The notes below the pieces were generated by a model. That model was given only the letters and a program-made list of their open reading frames with translations, was not told where the DNA came from and ran no database searches. From assembly GCA_963706915.1 (NCBI GenBank), contig CAVPOH010000009.1, positions 126,765-190,764 on the forward strand: a stretch of DNA of 64,000 bases, read 5' to 3'. Shown one piece after another: positions 1-10,390 of the stretch. Numbering within the stretch: position 1 is the first letter of the stretch; every line of letters starts with the position of its first letter. The position numbers were made by a program, and so were the translations under genes. The DNA comes from an uncultured Actinomycetes bacterium (GTDB lineage: Bacteria; Actinomycetota; Thermoleophilia; Gaiellales; Gaiellaceae).

Positions 1-345
1 CTCGAACGCCGGTCCTTCGGCGACGGCGATGGCGGTGGCCGGGTTGACGCGATACACGACGCGGTCGCTTCCCAGCCCGTACAGGTCGCCGGTCGCCGGC
101 CGGAAGTCGATGCCCTTGAGGACGACGCCGGCGGGCAGACCGGTGACCCGCGTCGCACGGGCGGCCTCGGGTGCGTTGGCGCGGAAGCGGTGGAGGTTGC
201 CTGCCGCGTCCGTCGCGAAGAGCACGCGATTGGCCGCGTCGCGGAGCGGCGCGCGCTTGCCGTGGCCGCCGGCGCCTGCCGCGATAGGCACGACGAGCGC
301 GAGCACGAGTGCCGCGGCGGCGATGGTGAGGCGCATGTGGCGCAT
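1..345 (-). CDS. Secreted DUF4394-family protein, N-terminal part (runs off the window)
   Basis: My translation of the minus strand (not in the ORF track): MRHMRLTIAAAALVLALVVPIAAGA signal peptide, then LKGIDFRPATGDLYGLGSDRVVYRVNP, typical of DUF4394; GGAG RBS upstream. Confidence 0.75.
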   Translation of the reverse strand, partial: MRHMRLTIAAAALVLALVVPIAAGAGGHGKRAPLRDAANRVLFATDAAGNLHRFRANAPEAARATRVTGLPAGVVLKGIDFRPATGDLYGLGSDRVVYRVNPATAIAVAEGPAFE

Positions 346-453
346 GGGGGTCTCCTTCCCTTCGGGGGTTGAGACCCGCACTTCGCAGCGCAGCAGCGCC
401 GCGGTTCAATCGGTGTGAGGACTTCTACGCGCTCGGCGCCGGCGACGTGCCGG

Positions 454-873
454 TCAGTGCGAGCAGCCGGAGCCGCAGCCGCCCACCTGCGTTCCCTCGG
501 GGAGCTCGTCGCCCTCCTCGACCTGGAACGAGTGGCCGCAGCCGCACGAGGAGACCGCGTTCGGGTTCTCGATCTTGAACCCGGACTCCTGGAGGCCGTT
601 CAGGTAGTCGATCGTCGCGCCCTGCAGGTACGGGGCGCTGAACGGATCGACGACCACGTGTACACCCTCGAGCAGGAGCTCGTGGTCGCCCTCGGCGGCA
701 CCGGAGTCGAAGCCGAGGCCGTACTGGAACCCGGAGCACCCGCCACCCTGGATCGCGACGCGGAGAACGAGCGAGCCGGCGTCCGGCTCCTCTGCCATCA
801 GCTCCTTGACCTTCTCCGCCGCGAGCGGGGTCAGGTCGATCAGGACATCGGTGGGGCGCTCGGCAATCTCCAT
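454..873 (-). CDS. erpA: A-type Fe-S cluster carrier (HesB/IscA/ErpA family)
   Basis: GGGCSGFQY and FKIENPNAVSSCGCGHSF motifs; ATG at 873 with TACCAT 7 nt upstream. Confidence 0.9.
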   Translation of the reverse strand: MEIAERPTDVLIDLTPLAAEKVKELMAEEPDAGSLVLRVAIQGGGCSGFQYGLGFDSGAAEGDHELLLEGVHVVVDPFSAPYLQGATIDYLNGLQESGFKIENPNAVSSCGCGHSFQVEEGDELPEGTQVGGCGSGCSH

Positions 874-1029
874 AGCCCTGATGGTAGCCGACCGACCACA
901 CGGCGCCAGAGGGTCGACTTTGTGACAGCGGAAACGCTCTCTCCGAGCGGGATCGGCTCCGACCTCGTGCCTCGCGACGAGAGTGGTAGGTTTCGCGGCG
1001 ACCGGCCCCCGGCAGCGAACGAGGACAGC

Positions 1030-1395
1030 GTGCTCTCCGACTGGCTCCCGTTTCTCATCTACGCGGTGTTCGCAGCGGCGATCCCGGCGACGATGATCAT
1101 GTTCTCGTTCGTCTTCGCCACCCGACCCCTCTCGCGCACCAAGCAGCGGATGCTGCCCTTCGAGTCCGGCGTCTCCGAGGAGGCGCCGGGACAGCAGCGC
1201 CGGTTCACCGTGAGCTTCTATCTCACGGCGATGCTCTTCATCCTCTTCGACATCGAGATCGTGTTCCTCTACCCGCTCGCGGTGCAGCTCGAGCTGCTCG
1301 GCTGGTTCGGGTTCGTCGAGCTCGCCGTCTTCGTGGCGATCCTCGCCGTCGCGTACGTGTACGTCTGGCGCAAGGGAGCGCTCGAGTGGCACTAG
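1030..1395 (+). CDS. nuoA: NADH-quinone oxidoreductase subunit A
   Basis: [33 protein letters not shown]; GTG after a GAGGA RBS. Confidence 0.95.
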   Translation: MLSDWLPFLIYAVFAAAIPATMIMFSFVFATRPLSRTKQRMLPFESGVSEEAPGQQRRFTVSFYLTAMLFILFDIEIVFLYPLAVQLELLGWFGFVELAVFVAILAVAYVYVWRKGALEWH

Positions 1396-1988
1396 CGCGG
1401 AAGCTGCCCCTCGTCTCGGACCGCCCGGCCGCGAAGGCCGGGCTCCGCAGCGAGCGGACGCTCTGGCCCGACAAGGGACCCGGCACGTTCGAGCGGGAGC
1501 TCGACTCGATCGAGGACGCGTTGATGATCACGACCGTCCAGAAGGCGGTCGCGTGGGCGCAGTCGAACTCCGTCTGGCCGGACACCTTCGGGCTCGCCTG
1601 CTGTGCGATCGAGATGATGTCGATCGTCTCGTCGCGCTACGACATCGCCCGCTTCGGGATGGAGCGCTTCAGCTCCTCGCCGCGCCAGGCCGACCTGCTG
1701 ATCGTCTCCGGCCGCGTGACCCACAAGATGGCCGCACCGCTCCGCCAGGTCTACGACCAGATGCTCGAGCCGAAGTGGGTGATCGCGATGGGCGCCTGCG
1801 CGAGCTCGGGTGGGATGTTCAACAACTACACCGTGCTCCAGGGCGTCGACAAGATCGTCCCGGTCGACATCCACGTCCCCGGCTGCCCTCCCCGCCCCGA
1901 GGCGCTGATGGAGGGAATCGTCCGCCTCCACGAGAAGATCCGTGCCGGCGTGCCGCCCGCGTACGAGATCCGTGGGGTCGCGGAATGA
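1386..1988 (+). CDS. nuoB: NADH-quinone oxidoreductase subunit B
   Basis: [34 protein letters not shown]. Confidence 0.97.
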   Translation: MALARKLPLVSDRPAAKAGLRSERTLWPDKGPGTFERELDSIEDALMITTVQKAVAWAQSNSVWPDTFGLACCAIEMMSIVSSRYDIARFGMERFSSSPRQADLLIVSGRVTHKMAAPLRQVYDQMLEPKWVIAMGACASSGGMFNNYTVLQGVDKIVPVDIHVPGCPPRPEALMEGIVRLHEKIRAGVPPAYEIRGVAE

Positions 1989-2527
1989 CGGTTGCCGTAC
2001 CGGGGCTCGTCGAGACGATCGAGGCGAACGGCGAGACGACCCTCGTCGTCGATCCCGCGCGGATCGTCGAGGCGTGCACGCACCTGCGCGACGCCGAGGG
2101 CTACAACGTGCTCGTCGACCTCTCGGGGGTCGACTACCTGGGCTGGGCGTCGACCGATGTCGCCGGGTACATCGGCACCCACGCGGGCCGCGACCTGAAC
2201 GCGGAGGGCTCGCAGGGAGTCCAGCGGATCCCGAAGCCGAAGGCGAAGCGCTTCACGGTCGTGTACCACCTCCTCCGCCTCGCCGACGAGCCCGCGCGCC
2301 TGCGCGTGGAGGCGTGGCTCGACGAGGGCGAGGAGATCGACTCGGTCGTGGCCGTGTGGCCCGCGGCCGATTGGAACGAGCGCGAGGCGTACGACCTCTT
2401 CGGGATCGTCTTCCGAGGCCACCCGAACCTCGTCCGGATCCTCATGCCGGACGACTGGGAGGGGTTCCCGCTCCGCAAGGACTACCCCCTCGGCGGCGAG
2501 CCGGTCCGCTTCTCGGGGGAGGCGTAG
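1985..2527 (+). CDS. nuoC: NADH-quinone oxidoreductase subunit C
   Basis: [39 protein letters not shown]; ATGA overlap with nuoB. Confidence 0.95.
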   Translation: MTVAVPGLVETIEANGETTLVVDPARIVEACTHLRDAEGYNVLVDLSGVDYLGWASTDVAGYIGTHAGRDLNAEGSQGVQRIPKPKAKRFTVVYHLLRLADEPARLRVEAWLDEGEEIDSVVAVWPAADWNEREAYDLFGIVFRGHPNLVRILMPDDWEGFPLRKDYPLGGEPVRFSGEA

Positions 2528-2530
2528 GCG

Positions 2531-3799
2531 GTGGCCGTCATGCCCGCCACACGAATCTACGAGGGCACGCGAATCCCGTCGCCGTGCCCGACGATCCTCC
2601 GGATCGACACGTCCGCGCACAACCTGGACGACATCCTCCGGATCAACTTCGGGCCGAACCATCCTTCCACGCACGGCGTCCTCCGGCTGATCGTCGACCT
2701 CGACGGAGAGCGCGTCGCCGGGATCGAGGCGGTCATCGGCTACCTGCACACCGGCTTCGAGAAGACCATGGAGCACAAGACGTACTGGAAGGGGATCACG
2801 TATCCCGAGCGCATCGACTACCTCTCCTTCCAGGCGAACGAGCTCGTCTTCGTGCTCGCGATCGAGAAGCTGCTAGGGCTCGAGACGCCGGAGAAGGCGA
2901 CCTGGATGCGGATGTGCCTCGCCGAGCTGAACCGCATCCACTCGCACCTCGTGTGGCTCGGGACGTCCGCGCTCGAGATCGGGGCGATCTCGATGTTCTG
3001 GTACGCGTTCCGCGAGCGCGACATGGTGCTCGACCTCTTCGAGATGGTCACGGGCGTCCGCATGCACACCCGCTACTTCCAGGTCGGCGGGCTCGCCGAG
3101 GACATCCCCGAGGGCTTCTACGCGCAGGCGCGCGCCCTCGCCCGGCACATGCCCCATGCAGTTGACGACTACGAGGGGCTCCTCGACCGCAACAAGATCT
3201 GGCTCGAGCGGACGAAAGGCATCGGGCTGCTCTCCGCTGCGGACGCGCTCGCGCTCGGCCAGTCCGGCCCGATGCTGCGCGCGTCGGGCGTCGACTGGGA
3301 CCTTCGCCGGAACATGCCGTACCTCGCCTACGACGAGGTCGACTTCGACGTCCCGGTCTACGGGAACGGCGACGTCTACGACCGCTACAAGGTCCACATG
3401 GACGAGATGCGCACCTCGGCGCGCATCGTCGCCCAGTGCGTCACGCGCCTCGAGGAGCTGCGTAGCGAGCCGTGGATCGCTGACGACCGCAAGGTCGTCC
3501 TGCCGCCGCGCGAGGAGCTCCACACGTCCATGGAGTCTCTCATCCACCACTTCAAGATCGTCACCGAGGGCTACCGCGTCCCCGAGGGCCAGGTCTACGT
3601 CGCGATCGAGTCCGCGCGCGGGGAATGCGGCTGCTACCTCGTCTCGGACGGCGGCCCCCGGCCCTGGCGGGTCAAGTTCCGCGCGCCGAGCTTTGCGGCC
3701 CTGCAGGCGACGGCGACGTGCGTGCGCGACGCGGCGGTCGCCGACCTCGTCGCGGTTGCGGCCTCTCTCGATCCCGTGATGGGAGACGTCGACCGGTGA
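2531..3799 (+). CDS. nuoD: NADH-quinone oxidoreductase subunit D
   Basis: NFGPNHPSTHGVLRL, GYLHTGFEK, C-terminal DPVMGDVDR. Confidence 0.97.
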   Translation: MAVMPATRIYEGTRIPSPCPTILRIDTSAHNLDDILRINFGPNHPSTHGVLRLIVDLDGERVAGIEAVIGYLHTGFEKTMEHKTYWKGITYPERIDYLSFQANELVFVLAIEKLLGLETPEKATWMRMCLAELNRIHSHLVWLGTSALEIGAISMFWYAFRERDMVLDLFEMVTGVRMHTRYFQVGGLAEDIPEGFYAQARALARHMPHAVDDYEGLLDRNKIWLERTKGIGLLSAADALALGQSGPMLRASGVDWDLRRNMPYLAYDEVDFDVPVYGNGDVYDRYKVHMDEMRTSARIVAQCVTRLEELRSEPWIADDRKVVLPPREELHTSMESLIHHFKIVTEGYRVPEGQVYVAIESARGECGCYLVSDGGPRPWRVKFRAPSFAALQATATCVRDAAVADLVAVAASLDPVMGDVDR

Positions 3800-4259
3800 G
3801 CAGCGCCTTGTACGACGCGATCCAGGAGGTCCGGAAGAACTACCCCGAGAAGCGCTCGGCGATCATCCCGGCGCTCCGGCTCGCGCAGGAGGCGCACGGC
3901 GGCTGGCTTCCAGACGCGGCGTTCCGCGAGGTCGCCGACGCGCTCGATGTCACACCCGCGTACTGCCTCTCGATCGCGTCCTTCTACGACATGTTCCACA
4001 CGGAGCCCGTCGGGAGGCACGTGGTCGAGGTGTGCACCAACGTCTCGTGCGCGCTCTCCGGAGCCCAGGGCGTCGTCGAGGCGTTCGAGCGCGAGCTCGG
4101 CATCCACGTCGGCGAGACCTCGGAGGACGGCGCGTTCACGCTTCGGGCCGTTGAGTGCCTCGGCGGGTGCGGCTGGGCGACCGTCGTCGCCGTCGACAAC
4201 CGGCACCGCCTCCACGTCCGCGCCGGAGACGTCGCGGGCATCGTCAAGGAGGTCGGCGA

Positions 4260-4263
<4 letters not shown>
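3796..4263 (+). CDS. nuoE: NADH-quinone oxidoreductase subunit E
   Basis: VCTNVSC and ECLGGCGWA [2Fe-2S] ligands; GTGA overlap with nuoD. Confidence 0.95.
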
Positions 4264-5606
<1,343 letters not shown>

Positions 5607-5673
5607 TGCGCGCCGGGCCAGGTGCATGGCTCCCGCCGGGCACCGAGAGGCGCGCGACGCGGAGGAATGAGCC

Positions 5674-7908
5674 GTGAGTGAGCTGATCACCGTGACAATC
5701 GACGACCGCGAGGTCGAGGTCGCGAAGGGGACGGGCCTCGTCGAGACCGCTGCCGCCGCCGGGATCGAGATCCCCGTGTTCTGCTACGAGCCGCGCCTCG
5801 GGCCGCCGGTCGGCGCGTGCCGCATGTGCCTCGTCGAGATCGAGGGGCTGCCGAAGCTCCAGGCGGGCTGCACGCTCACCGCGCAGGAGGGGATGGTCGT
5901 GCGCACCGCTGCGACGTCGCAGCGCGCCGCCGACGGCCAGCACGGGACGCTCGAGTTCATCCTCGTCAACCACCCGCTCGACTGCCCGGTCTGCGACAAG
6001 GGCGGCGAGTGCCCGCTCCAGGACCTGACCTTCCGGTACGGGCCCGGCTCGACGCGGATGCGATTCTCGAAGATGACCTTCGACAAGCCGATCCCGGTCT
6101 CGCCGCTGATCGCGCTCGACCGCGAGCGCTGCATCCTCTGTTACCGGTGCACGCGGTTCTCGAGCGACGTCGCCGAGGACGGGCAGCTGATCGCACGGAA
6201 CCGCGGCGCGCACTCCGAGATCGCGACGTTCGGCGAGGACCCCTACCGCGCGCCCTTCTCGGGGAACGTCATCGAGCTCTGCCCGGTCGGCGCGCTCACG
6301 TCGACCCAGTACCGCTTTCAGGCGCGCCCCTGGGAGATCCAGGACGTGCCGACCGTGTGCGGGCTCTGCCCGGCCGGCTGCAACGTCCGCGTGACGACCC
6401 GTGAGGGCGACGTCAAGCGCGTGCTGTCGCGCAACCACCCGGAGATCGACGGCGGCTGGCTCTGCGACAAGGGCCGCTTCAGCTACCCGCACCTCCGCGC
6501 CGACGACCGCATCCTCGAGCCGCTCGCGCGCGGCGAGCACGGTCTGCAGCCCATCGCCTGGAACGAGGCGCTCGACCGCGCGGAGGTGCTGCTCCGCGAG
6601 GCCGGCAGCCGGATCGTCACGGCCCTGTCGGGGTCGGAGACGACCGAGATCGCGTACGGGCTCGGCGTGCTCATGCGCCGCGGGCTCGGGGCGCACTCGG
6701 CCGTGCTCCACGAGTCGACGTCCGCCGCCCTCGACGCGTTCCGGGCGCCGCTCTCGACGATCGGCAACGCCGAGATCGTCGTCGTCGTGGGTGACGACGC
6801 CGTCGTCGACCGCGCACCGGCCGTGGACCTGTGGCTCAAGCAGGCGCGCCGCACCGGCGCGGAGGTCGTGACCATCGGCGCGGAAGGCTCGATCCCGGTC
6901 GCACCGGCAGGTGCGGCGGAGGCGCTCAAGGATCTACTCGCTTCGCGTAGCGCGCTCGGGAAGCGCCTGCGGAACAGCGAGCGCGCCGTCCTCGTCTGGT
7001 CGGGCCCGGGCGGCGGAGGCGGCGCGCGCCTCGCCGAGGCTGCGCACGCGCTCGGCTTCGAGGGGAAGCCCGGCTGCGCCGCATTCCACCTGCCCGCGAC
7101 GCCGAACGCCCGCGGCGTCTGCGAGGCCTGGTCCGCCGCGGCGGACGAGGACGAGGTCGAACGCGAGGGGATCGGCCTCCTCGTCGTCTCCGGCGACGAC
7201 GCCGCGTCCGACCCGGGCGTCCGGGCCCTCGCAGAGAAGGCCGAGCACGTCATCGCGATCACGATGTTCCCGTCGCTCGCGACCGGCTGGGCCGACCTGG
7301 TGCTTCCGGCGACCGCGCCGCTCGAGCGCGAGGGCACGACGATGAACCTCGAGGGACGCGTCCAGCGCGTGCGGCGCGCGGTGACGCCGCCCGTACCCGA
7401 CGAGCTCGCGTGGCTCGCCAAGCTCGCGGGGCGCTTCGACGCCGACCTCTCGCCGTACGCCGCCGTCGTCTTCGAGGAGCTCTCCGGGCAAATCTACGAT
7501 GGTCTCGAGCTGCCCACGCTCGGTGAGCGGGCGCCGCTCCCCGCGCGCGCCCCGTATGTGGCGCCCGAGCCCGCCCGGGAGACCGGCGCACCGCAGGCCG
7601 AGACGGTCTCGAAGGACCATTTCGTCGGCACCCTCCGCCTCATCCGCTACCGGCCGCTGTTCTCGGGGTACCAGATCGAGCGCGTCCCCGAGCTCCAGTT
7701 CCAGCGCCCTGAGCGCGAGGTCGCGCTCTCGGCCGGCGACGCGGACCGTCGTGGGATCGGGGCCGGCGACCTGGTCTCCGTCCGCTCGAACGGCACGTCG
7801 GTCGCGCTGCGGGCGCGCATCGACCGGAAGCTCGTCGAAGGTGTCGCGCGCGTCGCGGAGGAGCACGCGGCGGATCTCCACCTCGACGTCGAGGTGGTCA
7901 AGGCATGA
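5674..7908 (+). CDS. nuoG: NADH-quinone oxidoreductase subunit G
   Basis: GACRMCLVE, HPLDCPVCDKGGECPLQ, CILCYRC, CGLCPAGC. Confidence 0.95.
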   Translation: MSELITVTIDDREVEVAKGTGLVETAAAAGIEIPVFCYEPRLGPPVGACRMCLVEIEGLPKLQAGCTLTAQEGMVVRTAATSQRAADGQHGTLEFILVNHPLDCPVCDKGGECPLQDLTFRYGPGSTRMRFSKMTFDKPIPVSPLIALDRERCILCYRCTRFSSDVAEDGQLIARNRGAHSEIATFGEDPYRAPFSGNVIELCPVGALTSTQYRFQARPWEIQDVPTVCGLCPAGCNVRVTTREGDVKRVLSRNHPEIDGGWLCDKGRFSYPHLRADDRILEPLARGEHGLQPIAWNEALDRAEVLLREAGSRIVTALSGSETTEIAYGLGVLMRRGLGAHSAVLHESTSAALDAFRAPLSTIGNAEIVVVVGDDAVVDRAPAVDLWLKQARRTGAEVVTIGAEGSIPVAPAGAAEALKDLLASRSALGKRLRNSERAVLVWSGPGGGGGARLAEAAHALGFEGKPGCAAFHLPATPNARGVCEAWSAAADEDEVEREGIGLLVVSGDDAASDPGVRALAEKAEHVIAITMFPSLATGWADLVLPATAPLEREGTTMNLEGRVQRVRRAVTPPVPDELAWLAKLAGRFDADLSPYAAVVFEELSGQIYDGLELPTLGERAPLPARAPYVAPEPARETGAPQAETVSKDHFVGTLRLIRYRPLFSGYQIERVPELQFQRPEREVALSAGDADRRGIGAGDLVSVRSNGTSVALRARIDRKLVEGVARVAEEHAADLHLDVEVVKA

Positions 7909-8918
7909 CGTCCTGGACCGCCGCCACCGGCGACGCCGGCGAGCCCTGGTGGATCGCGGTCATCAAGTCGCTGATCGTCATCAACCTCGTCCTCTTCGGC
8001 TTCGCGTACCTGACGCTGATCGAGCGGAAGGTGATGGGGCGCATGCAGCTCCGCTACGGGCCGAACCGCGCCGGCCCGTGGGGCCTCATGCAGCCGATCG
8101 CCGACCTCGTCAAGCTGATCCGCAAGGAGAGCTTCTTCCCAGCGGCCGCGATCGACAGCCTCTACATCGTCGCGCCGTTCCTCGCCGCTTTCACCGCGCT
8201 GACGACCTTCTCGGTCATCCCGTGGGGGCCGGGCTGGGAGATCGCCGGCTACCAGGTGAACGGCTACGTCGCCGACCTGCCGGTCGCCCTCCTCCTGATC
8301 TTCGCCGTCGGCTCGATCGGGATCTACGGCTTCATCATCGGCGGCTGGGCCTCCGACTCGAAGTTCTCGCTCCTAGGGTCGATGCGGACGTGCGCGCAGC
8401 TCGTCTCGTACGAGGTGTCGCTCGCGCTCTCCGTGCTGGGCGTGATCCTGATGGCCGGCTCGCTCTCGCTGGTCGACATCGTCGCCGCCCAGGAGAGCGA
8501 GGTCTGGTACGTGATCCCGCAGCTCGTCGGGTTCGTCGTGTTCATCCTCGCGGGAACCGCAGAGACCTCGCGCGCACCGTTCGACCTGCCGGAGGCGGAG
8601 CAGGAGCTCGTCGCCGGCTACCACACGGAGTACGGCGGGATGCGCTTCGGGCTCTACTCGATGTCCGAGTACATCAACCTCATCACGCTGTCGGCGCTCG
8701 CGGTGACGCTGTTCCTCGGCGGCTGGCACGGGCCGTGGCTCCCGGGCCCGATCTGGTTCCTGCTGAAGCTCGCCGTGCTCCTCTTCTTCTTCATCTGGAT
8801 GCGAACGACGCTACCGCGCCTCCGGTACGACCAGCTGATGCGCTTCGGCTGGAAGGTGCTCCTCCCCGTCGCGACGATCAACGCTGTCGTGACCGCGCTC
8901 CTCGTGGTCTGGATCTAG
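7905..8918 (+). CDS. nuoH: NADH-quinone oxidoreductase subunit H
   Basis: ERKVMGRMQLRYGPNR, RAPFDLPEAEQELVAGYHTEY, PRLRYDQLM. Confidence 0.97.
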   Translation: MTSWTAATGDAGEPWWIAVIKSLIVINLVLFGFAYLTLIERKVMGRMQLRYGPNRAGPWGLMQPIADLVKLIRKESFFPAAAIDSLYIVAPFLAAFTALTTFSVIPWGPGWEIAGYQVNGYVADLPVALLLIFAVGSIGIYGFIIGGWASDSKFSLLGSMRTCAQLVSYEVSLALSVLGVILMAGSLSLVDIVAAQESEVWYVIPQLVGFVVFILAGTAETSRAPFDLPEAEQELVAGYHTEYGGMRFGLYSMSEYINLITLSALAVTLFLGGWHGPWLPGPIWFLLKLAVLLFFFIWMRTTLPRLRYDQLMRFGWKVLLPVATINAVVTALLVVWI

Positions 8919-8959
8919 ATGGTTGATCGCCGATCTCCATCTAGGGTGACGCGCTGACC

Positions 8960-9451
8960 ATGCAGCCGTTCGGGACACTCAAGGGCTTCGGCGTCACCTT
9001 CAAGCACATCTTCAAGAAGCCGATCACGCAGCAGTACCCGGAGTTCAAGCGGCCCGTGTACCCGCGCTTCCGCGGGCGTCACCGGCTCCACCGGCACGAG
9101 AACGGCCTCGAGAAGTGCGTCGGCTGCTCGCTCTGCGCCGCCGCCTGTCCCGCCGACTGCATCCGTGTCGTCGCCGACGAGAACACCGCCGACAACCGTG
9201 TCTCCGCCGGGGAGCGCTACGCGCGCATCTACGAGATCAACCTCTCGCGCTGCATCTTCTGCGGGTACTGCGAGCTCGCGTGCCCGTTCGACGCGATCAC
9301 GCTCGGCAACGAGTTCGAGATCTCCGAGTACTCGCGCGACGACCTGATCTACACGAAGGACATGCTCCTCGCCGAGCCGATCAAGCGGATCCCGGTGCAG
9401 GACCCGGAGCTCTTCGACACGCCGATCCCCGCCTACAAGCGCGAGTCGTAG
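8960..9451 (+). CDS. nuoI: NADH-quinone oxidoreductase subunit I
   Basis: Two CxxCxxCxxxCP [4Fe-4S] motifs. Confidence 0.97.
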   Translation: MQPFGTLKGFGVTFKHIFKKPITQQYPEFKRPVYPRFRGRHRLHRHENGLEKCVGCSLCAAACPADCIRVVADENTADNRVSAGERYARIYEINLSRCIFCGYCELACPFDAITLGNEFEISEYSRDDLIYTKDMLLAEPIKRIPVQDPELFDTPIPAYKRES

Positions 9452-9453
9452 CC

Positions 9454-10005
9454 GTGGGGAACGTCCTCGTCTGGATCATCTGGCTCCTCGCGGCGGGCGC
9501 GTGCATCGGCACCGGGCTCAAGGTCGTCACTGCCTCGAACCCCTTCTCGTCCGCCCTCGCGCTGATCGGGAACCTCGCGTCGCTCGCGGTGCTGTACCTG
9601 CTCGCCTCGGGCGAGTTCGTCGCGGTCGCGCAGGTGCTCGTCTACGCAGGCGCGGTGATGGTGATGTTCCTCTTCGTCATCGCGTACCTCGGCGGCCGGG
9701 CGGACGCCCCCTGGGCGGGCGGCACGCGGCTGATCCAGGCCGCGTCGGTGATCGCGGCCACGTCGCTCCTCGCCGTGACCCTCGTCGCGATCCTCCTCAA
9801 CGCGGGCGACCGCCTCTCGGACGAGGCGGACATCAGCCGGGCATTCGGCACGCCGACGGAGATCGGACGCCTGTTCCTCACCGACCACCTGCTCGCGTTC
9901 GAGATCACGTCGATCGTGCTGCTCGTCGCGGCCGTCGGCGGCGTGGTGCTCGGGATGCGCTCCGAGGCGGAGGACGAGGCGGACGCGCAGGGGGCCGCCG
10001 GCTGA
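9454..10005 (+). CDS. nuoJ: NADH-quinone oxidoreductase subunit J
   Basis: QVLVYAGAVMVMFLFVI, FEITSIVLLVAAVG; operon position. Confidence 0.95.
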   Translation: MGNVLVWIIWLLAAGACIGTGLKVVTASNPFSSALALIGNLASLAVLYLLASGEFVAVAQVLVYAGAVMVMFLFVIAYLGGRADAPWAGGTRLIQAASVIAATSLLAVTLVAILLNAGDRLSDEADISRAFGTPTEIGRLFLTDHLLAFEITSIVLLVAAVGGVVLGMRSEAEDEADAQGAAG

Positions 10006-10313
10006 TGCTCGGCCCCGACGTCCCCTGGTACCTCGTCGTCTCGGCGATCCTGTTCGCGATCGGGATCGCGGGCGTGCTCCTGCGGCGCAGCCCGCTCATC
10101 GTGCTGCTCTCGCTCGAGATCATGCTCAACGCGTCGAACCTCGCGTTCGTCGGCTTCTCGCGCCTCTTCGGCGAGCTCGACGGCCAGATCTTCGCACTCG
10201 CCGTGATGGCCGTCGCCGCGTCCGAGGTGTGCGTGGGGCTCGGGCTGATCGTCGCGATGGCGCGCCGCAACCTCGCGCTCGACGTCGACAGCTTCACGGA
10301 GCTGAAGGGCTAA
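10005..10313 (+). CDS. nuoK: NADH-quinone oxidoreductase subunit K
   Basis: LSLEIMLNASNL, VAASEVCVGLGL. Confidence 0.95.
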   Translation: MLGPDVPWYLVVSAILFAIGIAGVLLRRSPLIVLLSLEIMLNASNLAFVGFSRLFGELDGQIFALAVMAVAASEVCVGLGLIVAMARRNLALDVDSFTELKG

Positions 10314-10390
10314 CGCGTGGTCTCTCCGGCGATCGTCGCACACCTTCGCGCGGCTGCGAACGCGCACGCCGATCACCGGAGAGACGACTG

